This document shows, piece by piece, positions 1 to 12,960 of a stretch of DNA of 64,000 nucleotides; position 1 is the stretch's first letter; each line of letters opens with the position of its first letter. The position numbers were made by a program, and so were the translations under genes. This DNA is from Eledone cirrhosa. Taxonomy: Eukaryota. The notes under the pieces were generated by a model. That model did not search any database, was not told where the DNA came from, and saw nothing but the letters and a program-made list of their open reading frames with translations. The DNA is taken from NCBI GenBank assembly GCA_964016885.1, contig OZ024740.1, positions 191,270,001 through 191,334,000 of the forward strand. The letters run 5' to 3'.

Positions 1-756
1 ATCATTTGGTCAACTACTTTTTAAATCACTCTAGTAAATTCCTTTATCTACTTGGTGATACAAAATATTAATTAGATAGTTCATATTTAATGGTTCTTTA
101 TATTATTTCTTCTCATTATTATATTTTTTAAGACGCTCTCTTTCCCCATTTATCACATCAATTTAATCAGTATAAACATTCGTTGATTTTGTAAACAAAT
201 CATGATGTCATATGTATTTCTCTTTTCTACGCTTAAATAATTATAACATTTTCCTGTATTTACTTGTGGATTAATTTAATATTTAAATATTTAAATAGTT
301 TTCCCACATATTATATTCCTTTATATATAATCTATAATATATGCTTTTATATATCATCTGTAATTTTTAATAGTAAACTTTTAATTTTTGACATTATCGG
401 TCTACCCTTATTTATTTCCTTCTATACTTATATACTTTTTCACAGAAATATTTTTTCAGTTACATTCTATTTAAACAAACTAGGACATTATATCGTTTTC
501 TACGCTTATAAATCATTTAATTTTATTTTACTTTATTTTATCTTATTTTATTTAATTTTATTAATACATTTTCACACCTCTTAGTATATAAACCCTAAAT
601 AAATAATATACCTAGTTTCTATATCTGTAAACATAAACTTCATCAATCATAAACCTCATCAATTTTTATTTTATTTATTTATTAGTCGTATATATATTTT
701 TTCCAGCCCTTATTCACATCTGTTTTTTCAGTTTTGACAGCGTTTCCAGTTTAAAT

Positions 757-757
757 G

Positions 758-845
<88 letters not shown>
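757..845. repeat. (TC)n microsatellite
   Basis: Directly visible dinucleotide run followed by a pyrimidine-rich tract. Confidence 0.95.
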
Positions 846-847
<2 letters not shown>

Positions 848-1031
848 TTCTCCTTCTCTCTCCTCCTTCCTTCTTAAATTTTTCCTCCGTTATCTTCTCC
901 TTATTTTTCCTTTTTTCCTCTTCCTTCCTTCTTTTTCCAATCATCTATATCATTTTATATTTATTTATCATATGTTGACTGGACACTTCTTTGTTCACAA
1001 GTGTTTTTTAGGCATCATATCATGTTACCTT

Positions 1032-1100
1032 ATTTTATCTGATGAGAAAGCAACTACCGTCCCAGGTAGATATTTGCTTTTGAAATGCGCATAATAAAAT
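1032..1100 (+). ncRNA. Type I minimal hammerhead ribozyme (HHR-1)
   Basis: Stem I ATTTTAT(1032-38)/ATAAAAT(1094-1100); core CTGATGA 1039-45; stem II GAAAGCAA/TTGCTTTT capped by CTACC-gtccca-GGTAG; GAAA 1082-85; palindromic TGCGCA; cleavage site UA 1092-93. Confidence 0.85.
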
Positions 1101-1138
1101 ATGTGGAACTTTTTTAACCATCTTTTACTTTCTTCTTA

Positions 1139-1164
1139 TATATATATATATAATTTGTTATCCC

Positions 1165-1241
<77 letters not shown>

Positions 1242-1270
1242 CACATATATATATATATATATATATACAT

Positions 1271-1320
<50 letters not shown>
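1139..1320. repeat. (TA)n microsatellite with CA interruptions
   Basis: Directly visible. Confidence 0.95.
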
Positions 1321-1322
<2 letters not shown>

Positions 1323-2125
1323 TACTGGTACATTGCAATAGCATACCGAAAAAACAGTTATTTGTTTTCAAATGATAGCACGCTCGTGAAAATATCTGTA
1401 CATATCATTATATATATAATTAATTAAAAGTTGGTTAGAAGCGAAGTCAATGCAGATAGGCAGACTTACAGACAGATATTGTAAGCGCGCGACGTTATAT
1501 CTAAGAATCTATCTAAAAGGACAGAGTAAGAAAGAGAGAGGAATGTCGTATTATATATATTATATATAATAAAGTACCAGTTATGTACTCCTCACTTTAC
1601 ATACGGCCGTCAGATTTATTAATATAGATAGAGATTGACAATAATAGAGACATTTAATCCATGATACGTTAAACAGAAGAACATATATAGAAACTGCAAA
1701 ATATATGAATCTTTATTTAAGCGATCACTAACCGGTAGTGTTGACATTTGAAAATTTTAAAGAATTGAAACTTCAAATAAACAATAACATATCTTTAATA
1801 AAGAATAACGAAACGTTGAACACTAAAATACCCTGACTTTCTTCCTTGGAAAATGTTACATCTACGGTGCAAATTTGGTGCCGTTTGGCCAAAAGCTTGT
1901 TGTATACATACATACGGTCGTCAGCGTTATTAATATATATATTATTATTATTATATATATATATATATTTCTATACTTGGGTAGGGTCATATTTGTGTAA
2001 TATTGCCAGAATTAATAACAGAACACACTCACTGTTTGGTTGGTTTTCGCTTTTCGATTCTGTGACTTTTATATCGATAATCAAATTTATGCGGTCCTCA
2101 ATGTTGCCATTGACTGACCAACGGT

Positions 2126-2197
2126 CAAAAGTAATACAGATACAAAAGTAATACAGATACAAAAGTAATACAGATACAAAAGTAATACAGATACAAA
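2126..2197. repeat. 17-bp tandem repeat (CAAAAGTAATACAGATA) x4
   Basis: Four perfect units plus a partial one. Confidence 0.95.
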
Positions 2198-2206
2198 CAC
2201 ATATAT

Positions 2207-2260
2207 ATAGTTTATCAAAGTTCTTTCGTTGCACATCTGCAACATCGTCAGTGGTGCTAT
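2207..2260 (-). ncRNA. Probable degenerate hammerhead ribozyme
   Basis: Minus strand reads atag-cac-ca CTGACGA t GTTGCA-gatg-TGCAAC GAAA gaac TT tg-ataaa-ctat. Core and stem II are good, stems I and III are weak. Confidence 0.45.
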
Positions 2261-3849
2261 AGACTCCTCCCGTTGCATTGTATTTCTACGCCATCTTTAT
2301 TTAGTATATATATTTCGGATTCTGTTATAAACCGATTATTACATGCAAATTAACATTTTAAGGCACATTTAGAGAAGTTTGTTTTGACTATTTGAAGCCA
2401 GTCACTGACTTTGAATGAGGAAACAGTTATAAGATACAACATTAGCTTTGTTTCGTCATGATTACGTATACTGGCTAATTAACATAATTATGTATTAGTA
2501 ACACAGATTAAACGTTTAAGAGAGTATAAGGTAAAGACAGAAACTGAGAAATATAACCTATTTATGAAGTGTTGCTCTTGTGTTTACCCCGAAGGGATTC
2601 ATGGCAAATTTTACCTTAATGAGATTTGATCTCATAGCGTATTGAGCCATAACATACGGCAAAATGTGTAACCGACGTTGTGAAGATTTCTCAAATTGGC
2701 GCCTTCTATGTTATATGTTTGCATATAATAAATATACATATATTCTAGTTGCCTGCGTTTTAAGCATCGAGTAACAACGCGATATACTGCATTTGAAAGC
2801 TATTACAGCTCCTCAACACTCGTTTACTTGCTTCAAGATACCGCAGCATGAACGACGGTATCATTTATAACGTTTTGTACAACACACTATCTATACTGGT
2901 GTTTCCAAATAAAATCCCTCCCATTAATTACAAAAAAATAGATGAAAGATTTTGACTTCGAATCAAAATTGCCATAATTGTTTTTTTTTTCTCTAGCTTT
3001 GATTTCGAATGGTCCAAATTGCGTTTAAGTCTCTTTAAGAAATTGTAATACTTTGTATTTTTTAAGAAAACAAATATTTTGCTTCAAAAGAACTTTTCTA
3101 AAAAGGTTAATGGAGCAAAGGAAGTAAATTTGTATGCAATGAGAATTTTGAAATTTCAATAAGATAAGAATTACTGATTAATGACGGTGTGTTTGTAATC
3201 AACATCAGCATTACCATTGAAATACCAGTTTCCGAATACTAAATAGTACTTTTGCACTTCGATATTTTAAATGGAATATTCTTCATGATTGTTCATGTTC
3301 AGTTAATATTAATGCAAATAGAAGGAAATAGAATATACTTACACTAAACCACAACGGTATAGTTGAATTAATATTTGTATCATAGCGATATAAAAAAATC
3401 ATCAATGACTTAAAATAACGCTAAGACACAGTAACGATGTATAATAGCTGCATTGTGTTTCATTTTCCCTTTTGTAGTCTTTATTGATAACAAATGAGTC
3501 AGTGATCCAGATATGTCTAACGTTTAGCATTTACTTCGGTATCTATTTAGCTGTTATAATCTAGCGAGAGAACAGAAATTTCTATCATACTCAACTCTCA
3601 TTTTCTGCATTAATGCCAATGCTGATTGTTTATTACAACTATATAACTAAATATAAGATATATACACCACCTTTCAAATATTACAGAGTACAACCCACAT
3701 ATTACAACAGATTCCCTTCCTTAATCACAGTCAAAATTTATATTAATGTATCGTTTTCAAAATGAGAATGCAACCACTCACGACAAGGGACCACATACGC
3801 GTAAGAACGCACACGCACGCACTCCCATATATTCTTATATCTATATATT

Positions 3850-3898
<49 letters not shown>

Positions 3899-3926
3899 AT
3901 GTGTGTGTGTGTGAATGTGTCTGTTG

Positions 3927-4477
3927 ACACCTGTAATATAGCTTAAGAGAAACATGACAATAATGATAGGCACCCAATATTTGAACTGGTTTATATAATT
4001 CTCTTGGCCTTTGTAACTCTAAGTAGAGCTTTAAAGAATTAGCTTTTAAAGAATGTCCCTTTTCTTTAAACCCATCAACCATGACCGATCCCCAACCATC
4101 TTAAGACACCTGAAATATAGGCATTGTTAGCTTAAGAGTAACTTAAAAATAAGGAGTGGAACCCCAATTTGAACTAGTTTATAGAATTCTTTCTGCCTTT
4201 GTTACTCTAAATATAAATTAAAGAATTAGCTTTTAATGAATTCCCTTTTCTTTTAACCAATGACCTCCACCCATCCCACTCCCCACCCTCACCTACCACC
4301 AGAAAATATATACATACCACAACATTTATTTTGGTCAGCCCGATTCCTGATGATTTCTAAAGAATTGAAACAGTTCTAGTCCTGTAGAATCTCATCTATA
4401 TTAAAATGTTTATACTCTGCTATGTATCGAGTACCTTACTTACTGTGGTTACCTCAGATTCAACCAGGAATAACTTA

Positions 4478-4479
<2 letters not shown>
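3927..4479 (+). mobile_element. Short non-coding HHR-bearing element (Penelope pLTR/retrozyme-like), with an internal ~178-bp tandem duplication
   Basis: 3927-4100 and 4105-4285 are diverged direct repeats; about 4165-4478 recurs inverted at 50907-51245 and in part at 55236-55339; flanked by (TA)/(TG)n and (TA)n. Confidence 0.75.
4342..4391 (+). ncRNA. Type I hammerhead ribozyme (HHR-2a)
   Basis: GATTC CTGATGA t TTC-taaa-GAA tt GAAA CAG-ttctagtc-CTG TA GAATC: stem I GATTC/GAATC, stem III CAG/CTG, GUA cleavage triplet. Confidence 0.8.
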
Positions 4480-4528
<49 letters not shown>

Positions 4529-7500
4529 TATATATATAGAATATGCCTGTGGATGAAATGAATCCCCTGTTCGATCATGGAATATCACAAGATTAAGTGT
4601 TACGTAAGTCGGATACTTGATTTCGGGTTCATAGAAACATATCAGACGTATTGCAGAATATCGTTGGATCTATCCATGTCTGTTTTTTAACCTGATTAGT
4701 TCTTTCGTTGTTTTTAGTATTGTATGGTTGGGTTTTGCCTACCGCAATTTTCAATTTGCCAAGCTATTTAAACGTATGTTATTACTCTAAGGACCTACCC
4801 TAATTGAGTGATTTGCTACTCATTACTTATTGTAGGTCGACTTTGCTTGGCCACAGCCAAAGCTTCTATTTTACTAAGCGTCCACTTGTATATATATACA
4901 TATATATATATATTCGTGCAATATATGTTTATATATATTACAAACATACGTGTTGCTGCTTGTATTTCAGGAAGTCATCATGTCAGTTTGTTCACAGGTT
5001 GTGGGGAAGTTTGCACATTAATGTAGCTACCATTTGTTTATTTCGAGTTAATTGAATCCTTATTTTCTGTCATTTCTGTTCACCGTTAAACAACAGCACA
5101 TCGAACACTACTATTATCGTAAGATTTCCTACTTTAATATCCTTGCCTTTTCTCTCGAGACAGAGCACACAGTTAACAATATCCAATACCCGATGTCATT
5201 TAGTACGACGATAGATTCTTATGGAAAGTATATGATGAATTTGACGCCAAGTCTTGTCTTAGAAGCCTCTATAAATGATAATTAGTAATACACGATAAAG
5301 CATTTCATCACACACAATTAAATAAAGGCATTACCAGTGGCGACCGCAGGTTGGTGTATTTCCCTAAATGTTTGTGTCACACTTTCAACATAAAGCAAGT
5401 GATATTATTAAGTTGATTCATTATGCATACTAAAGTAGATTTAATCAACATTACCCTATGTTCTGAAAACAAATATTTTGTATATATAATACTTTTCAAA
5501 AGAAAGCAAATTTGAAACGTCTCGTTGGTGATGCATGTTATCCAAAATATATTCATACATTCTGATATCAGCTTGAATTAGATCAATATACATATTAATG
5601 GCGTTAGTGTTCCTATGCTGAGATGGAGAAAACACGTATTCGGATTCCTTTTAGAAGTGCCTTAACCCTACTTATAAGCTTCAAGGCACATGCCCAATTG
5701 AGCGAGGCTGATCAACTCTAGAATATAGTAGACATAGTGTATTTTCAGTTGGAAAACTTGCAATTAATTTCGAAAATTAATGCATATGTTTTAATCTAAA
5801 GTTTTCTCTGTTTCCTGAACGTTTATTAGCCTATTGAACCTTATATATAATTATTTACATTTTACATATTATATTTCGGTTATCTTCAACCCCATCACTA
5901 TTATATATACCTCTCAGGTAACAAACACAAACATACACACACATATATATATATATATGTGTGGTGTATGTGTGAATGTGTTTGTATCGAAAAGTTGATG
6001 TAAGCGAGAAACCTCTCGTTTTAAATATATATACTATGCTCTAGCAATTTGTATATAGCTGGTTTTCAGTTAATTGTTGATTAATGTTGTACATAAAACA
6101 AGCTACGCCACATATTATAGCGGTTATAGCGGTTGCAATACTTCAATAACCATTCATTTATTGACACAACAAATGTAATCTATAACGAAAATACTGTTGT
6201 AGAATGCTGAATGGCATACATACAGAATAGAGGACATTTATACTGCGCTTTATTTTTTCCGTTTTACATAATTTCTATAATTAACAATAAACATAGCAAA
6301 GATATATTACATGTTCTATACGTGATTCTCAATGTAAAAAGAAATGATGAATACGAATAAGTTTGGACCATCAGTGGACCAACATTATACTTGAATGTTT
6401 GCTTTCTACGAAACGATTCTGAATGTGCACAGAAGTAACAGTTCTTAGCCATAAAAACAGTATGATTTAAGTAGATGTATTAATCTGATGTAAAGACACA
6501 TTAAGGAAATTGAGTCCTTTAAAATTGATGTGCATATAAATCAGAAAGTATAGCATAAAATGTAATCCGCTAGGGAAGCTTTATTTCTAAATGTAAATCA
6601 AGTAATAACTCCTCAGAGTTATAATATAAAGAGAATAGTAAATCATGACCGAACAAAAAAAGTAAATACATTACATTCACATTTTATTCATGAGGAATTG
6701 TAAGAATGCATTAACCCTGCAAACTCTCCGGGTATTTCACGTTGGTAAAACGGTGTATTCGTCATTGTCTTTTGAGAGCCCGCTTTTTTAACGGGACTGC
6801 AGTTCTTAATATGGAAGAGTCTACAAACACGTATCGCTTCTGGAGGCTTGTTAGAGCTACTCCTTCCAAGAAATGTTGTACAATAAGCTCAATAGCGGTT
6901 CCAAAATACCTTCCCAGATAAGTTAGTGGATGAAAATACTAATTGGTAATCAAGACTTACTGGGCATAGATTACGGCAAAATATTAGATATAATATTATG
7001 TAGAACCTAGCAAATGCCCCGCTTATTTTTAACGCGATCTTTCAGCATTGTATTTATAGGTAGATGAATGTATTCTGTGAAATTTCATTTTGCTTGACAC
7101 CTTCTGAATTCAAGTTCCGTGGATGTCAAATCAAGACACATTTTGTTTTCATATTATTCTCTAGTTTTCGGAATCCATTGCTCTAGAAGCGTGTGGCGCA
7201 TGATGACTAGTATCTACATTATTATTACTAGTAATCCATAATTACTCTTATAATGTCTATTCAACTGTTGCATAGCATAATTGGCAGAGATTTAAAAAAA
7301 AAACGTTTCGCCGAATTTTCGTTTCACGCTTGTGTTGTGTAGGTGTACATCTCAATTTCCTCTTACGTTTACACTTTCTGGGTGTAGACAATAAGAGAAT
7401 TTTAAATAATGGGCTCGTTAAATACTGTAAAAATGAAAGGTGCTGCACCTAAATTAGAATTAATTATTGGTATATTTATCTAGCGTGGTGGATAGTAACA

Positions 7501-7992
7501 CTTTTTGAATGCCGTTCAGATCCTACTTGGCTAATGCTTACCTTTCTATATACAGCAGCACATATTGTAACGAAGAAAAGTATGAAACACTGGTATATCG
7601 ACGGCACATATTGCCATCATTGAGTGAGCGGATGTAAAGTGTTAAAATCATCATCAATATTCTCTAGTGTGGTGCATAGCATACATATCGAATTAACATT
7701 ATCGAAAATACATTTTACTAGCATGGACATTTCTCAGAACTAATGGATATGCTCAACACCAATTTTTAAAGACGATAATACCTACTTGATTGGGGGAATC
7801 CAACAAATGTTTTTTTGATGATGGAAGCAGAATTGCCTTCAATATAATATGAATTAGCATGGAACATTGAAATATGAATCATATTTTGGTATTATTCATT
7901 TTAGTTATCATTTCCCTCATCAGTGCTTTATTTATAATTACCAGTATTCGACGTCACATAATTTGCCCTTATTCCTGACGACAGAGAACGAT

Positions 7993-9356
7993 TATTGGGT
8001 TGGACAAAAGGTTCCCACAGAAATGTTCATAGTTTGCTCAGGACATTTTGAAGATGGCATGGCCACACATATGTGGAAAGCTGCTAAAAATAGGCTTGGA
8101 AGTTCTGCCCAACCTAGCGTATTTACTCGACTTTACGTCCATTGATTACCACCTATTTCGTTCAATGAGTAATCCAATGCATTCAAATACATTCGCCAAG
8201 AAAGTGAATTACGGAATTATTTGTGCTTTGGAAATTCTGGAGGTGGCACAGGCGCAAATATCTAAGGAGTGACGTTGGCATTCAATAGGTGTATTTCTCA
8301 TTTACTGTTATGCCGTCCACGGGGAAGCAACATAGATTAATCAAAATCGATGTTTACCTCTTTGTTTATTTTGTGATTTCAAATATGGCCTAATCGCAGT
8401 AGCAGGGAGTCGTCGCATTTACAATGAATTTGGGTTACACACCATGTCGCAATGCAGTGCCAGGGACCGGTGTGACCGCTATCTTGCCGGTGATTACAGA
8501 TTTGATAATTGATCTTGCGCAGGACGTCCGTCTTCAATGACATGCAATGATGTGAGCTGGTGGAAACATACCCTCGTCAGACCACACGTCCACTATCCGA
8601 ACTGCTTCGGGCTTCGGCATCAACAATCATCAGACCCTTAATTGCAATAGGAAGCAATCAATGCTGGGCCAATGGCTGCACCAGATTCTAACTGACTCTA
8701 AATATAAGTGTGGGTCTCCTAGTTACTACCACACAAACAACTGGTCACATTGCATTGTCACTGGTAGTGAAAATGGTTTCTCTACATTAATGTCAACAGC
8801 AAGCAATCGTGAGTTGATAAACATAGTGAGCCACAACCGCTAGAAAATGCTGGCCTCTCCCCAAGCAAGGCTCTACTGAGCATATATTTCAACTAAAAAT
8901 GTGGTACCCACTACGACCTGCCCCTACAGGGAACCAGCATAACATCTGAGGTATATTGCCAACAAACTGACTGTTAATAAGCGACAACCACACAGGTGCG
9001 CCCACACCATGGCTCTGTTCGATTTTGTTCATGATAGCTCTCGGCGTAATCCATCAAGAATAACTTATGAGAAGCTGGTAATGATAGGCTGGGAGGTTCT
9101 GACCACACTTTTTGTATTCACCTGACATCGCGTCTCCTAATTACCACTTTTTTCCGTCAATGAGGAATCCAATACAATCAAAGACATTCGCAAATAAAGA
9201 ACAATTAAATTAGTGACTTACGGAATCTTCATATCAAATCTATAAGGATAGAATCACGCAACTTCTTAAATGATGGCAGATATTTTCATGACTTTAAACA
9301 TCGCCCAAATGATTAATCGTGTGAAAAAACGGTGAAAACTACCGTCCAACCTAATA
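7993..9356 (+). mobile_element. Mariner DNA transposon relic (transposase pseudogene)
   Basis: Ends TATTGGGTTGGAC / GTCCAACCTAATA are imperfect TIRs with TA. Decayed motifs LGQWLHQILT (WVPHEL-like), IVTGSENG (IVTGDEKW-like) and YSPDIASPNYH. An extra 3' transposase piece (DYHLFRSM) lies at about 8100-8200. Confidence 0.85.
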
Positions 9357-11283
9357 TTACTGATCTATTACTATTCTCATTTACTCCAGTCTGGACTGAG
9401 TAGATAATTATCAATTATATAATGGACTTCATCAAATAGACAATATATTCTTTTAAAATGCTAAACCTTGTGACTATGTGGGAAATTTCAATTTCTTACA
9501 TATTAACGATTGCAGCTGTCAGAAAGCGAAAATCCTTATATGAAATGTATGTTTCCTAGTTCGATATATTACACACCATGTATATTTCGAGATTCAGTTA
9601 ATGTAAACCGTTGGGTATAATATATTCTGCTACTATTAGTACGAATTTGTCTTACATTTTTCTTGATTCAAATAATTTCCAGTTAACTAGTGTGTGTCAA
9701 TAAGAAGATGCTGGATAAAATGCTTTCTATCGATGCAAGTACAAATTTGGCTAGTATTCGTTTGAGAAACAATGAAATAATTATCAGATAAATACTGTGG
9801 TGAAGGAAAAGAAAAGCGTTTGGTGTAAATATTAAATAGAAATATAGTTTAGCTATCAAACATTCCACCTATCGAAGCACTCCATATATTTTGGTTTCTT
9901 CAGTCCTGAAAAAATATGTTGATTGTAATTTCTGTTGCAAGATCAATGTGAAATTTAATATATTCCTCATAAACATCTGAGAGAAAATATAAATACAGCT
10001 CAAGCGTCGCTATTTAACAGCAAGCTTAATAATTCAATATTTCCAAGGCTAGCCAGAATTTCATTAGATTTTAGGTCAATAACAAAAACAATACTGTTCT
10101 TTTTCTTTCTCCTAGATTTCCCCTTTTATTCTTCTGAATTCCTCTTATTTGCCATTTTTTTAAATATACATTTTTAATATCCAATAATTCTTTTAGTTGA
10201 GAGCTATTTCACGTCACATTGTTATCATGCATTGTTTATTAGTTTGCGAAATTCTCTCTCTGCATAATCATATGTGTTTGTGTATAGAATTGTGTAGGTT
10301 TTTACATTTACTGTTGTATGACAGTCTACATGAGATTGTGTGTGTATGAGTGGGAGTGAGAGTATGTATGTGTTGATGTGTTTGTCTGTCTTTGTGAGAG
10401 CAAGTTGTCAGATGAAAGCAAAGCCTTGTATGTTTGCTAACAAAATATGCCGAGCTCTATTCAATTATTTTTAAATCAATGTACTATTAACTCACACGCA
10501 TTTTCTGTGACTCTTATATTCTTTGGTTATTGCATGCCTCCCGAGGATTAATTAGTGATTTGAAATTCAATGCGAAGTCTTGATTCCGGGTGAATCTGTT
10601 TCCTCGTACACATACACACATACATACTCATTTATACATAAATAGAGAGAGAAACAAAGGAGTATGCATATACTTGTATGTGTGTGTATCTGTGTGTGTG
10701 AGTGTGTGTGTGTCCAAAATTGAATGATAAATTAAAGGAGACAGAGGGATAAAGTTGAGTGAGGTAGGACAGAAACGAAAACAAATTATTTGTCATAACG
10801 TAGATGGTTTCATTTAACCATCTACTCGAAAAGTGTTTATGATGTAGGACATTCAGTTGCGAGTGGTGTGTGTAAACTAATGTATGCGTCGAGAGAGGGA
10901 GGGGGGGGGGCAGAAAGTTCCTGGCACGTGGATAACTGTCACAAACTCTACTAACACAATTAGAGCATGATTAAAAAATATATTAATGAGCTTTCTAAGT
11001 TGTTTTCTTCGTTGGTGTATTAAGAAATCTCTTAATAAAATATTTTACTGATGTATGTTTGTCATCATAGGCTCATTCTAATGCGTTACGATAGAAGCGA
11101 GAATGAAGTGTTAAATGTAATGGAAACAATATCATGTATAGGTACATTGGTTAAAATTGTGATTAATACATATATTAGAATATTATTTGTAGACAGTATA
11201 TGCGGTTTTCAGTAATTTCTTTTTTTTAATTCGTAAGTTATTCATATCTATATATCTATCTACCTATCTCTCTCCTTCTCTCG

Positions 11284-11318
<35 letters not shown>

Positions 11319-11829
11319 CACACACACTCACAACCACACACACACACAGGCTCATATATATGTATGTATATATATACTTACATATCCAGTTATTTATTTA
11401 TTCGTTCATTTATATACATTTCCATCTCAGTATGTGCGGGCGTACGTATGTGCATGTGTCATTAAAGGGTGTTAAGTAATAAATAAACCTATTGGAAATT
11501 TGACTGGATAATTGCCTGTTCGTATTAGTAATTTATTTCAATAATTTACATATGTTTATATTCCACAATTATGTCAACCTTATTATGAATTAAAAACGTT
11601 GAGAATAAACCGTAACATTATTAATATATAATTTACGATTAATTTTGTCAGATATGAATGTTAAGAATATGTTGTATCACATACGATGTAGATATCTAAA
11701 TTGCAACCCCCGACTATTCAATTCTTCTTTATTAGTGGTAATTTATAGCATTTGAGATCTTTACGATTCCCTTTCAGGTAGATTCGAGTTGTACTATGTT
11801 ACATTAGTAGCAAAATAATAGTTATTGCA

Positions 11830-12960
11830 CAAATGTGAACAAAGACCTTGTTGTTTAAAAAAGCCTATCATCATTATATTGGGTTCAAAGTGAACGACCA
11901 AGACGGGAGATGGGCCTACAGCTTTTCCCAAATGGCTGGAAAGGAAAAGAAAATATATGAATGCTGCAGGCCTAGTTGTGTAACACGAGCCACCTAATTA
12001 TTTGCATGATACAACCAGGTTGGAAATGTTTTAGATGAAGAGAAAATGAAATGTTGATTATCAGGCCATCCGTTCTCGCAGAACTGCAGTGCGGAGAAGA
12101 TCTATATTCAGATGTCCTTTCAGAAATAATCCCTGAATTGAATGATAGTGAAAAATAGTACTTTGAAGTAGATTTTAAATCGTCAACATCAACGAATCCA
12201 AGATTTGCTTCAACGTATCTAACAAAAGTACTATGCATAATAAGAGAAAGTGAACTAAATGATCTCATCAAAGAAATAGAACTGCATCCAAATAATACGG
12301 ATTTGTTGTGATCCAGATTAAAGCAATTGCATTTTCTTGCTGTTGATGTCAGTGTATAATTATTTAGCAATCGTAATAAAGATTTTGGACCATTTGGGGG
12401 AAATAGTAACGTTATGACGACATAATGTCTCCGGGATCCCAAACATTGGAGATTTTTTATTGACTCACACATATTCAGTCTTAAAGGAGTTTTACTACAC
12501 ATAAGCAATAGGTTTCTATCCCTTGTGTTTAGATATGTTTTGATATGTAAGAAACATGCGAGAACATGTGGCAATAATTTAATGTGGCAGATCTCTGGTG
12601 ACCTAAATTTGATTGCTTTCTTGATGGGACTAAAATCAGGCAACACGAAAATTTGTTTTGTTTCGTGTGCGAATGGAACAATCGTACACTAGATTCTCAT
12701 TACACAATAAAACATTGGTTACGCCGCACTACACAGGAGACTGAACTAAAAAGGTTCAAAATCTGCCTCTGTATATATGGCGAGACAATATTGCTGCTAC
12801 AGTTACACATCAAACTTGGTTCGTGAAACAATTCGTTAAAACTGTAAATAAGAGAGGAAGGGCTTTTTTTTTAAATAACTCGGAAGGGTGTTTCCAAAAC
12901 TAAATGAAGTGAACATTATAGAGGGTACTATTTTAGTCCCCGAAACCGAGGAACATTAAA
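11830..12960 (+). pseudogene. Chapaev3-like (CMC superfamily) transposase relic
   Basis: Plus-strand fragments KKAYHHYIGFKVNDQD, V*HEPPNY, HWRFFIDSHIFSLKGVLLHISN, WQISGDLNLIAFLMG, FVCEWNNR..HY..W and LQLHIKLG..KQFVK match the recalled Chapaev3 motif order; many stops and frameshifts. Confidence 0.75.

Noticed and set aside
2126-2197. CRISPR-like array
   Set aside because: Contiguous tandem units without spacers, in a eukaryotic context with no cas genes.
6715-6920. GC-richer patch, possible exon or RT remnant
   Set aside because: Only faint RT-like words on the minus strand and no convincing splice sites.
11972-12646. 224-aa minus-strand ORF
   Set aside because: Antisense shadow of the plus-strand transposase relic; no recognisable motifs.
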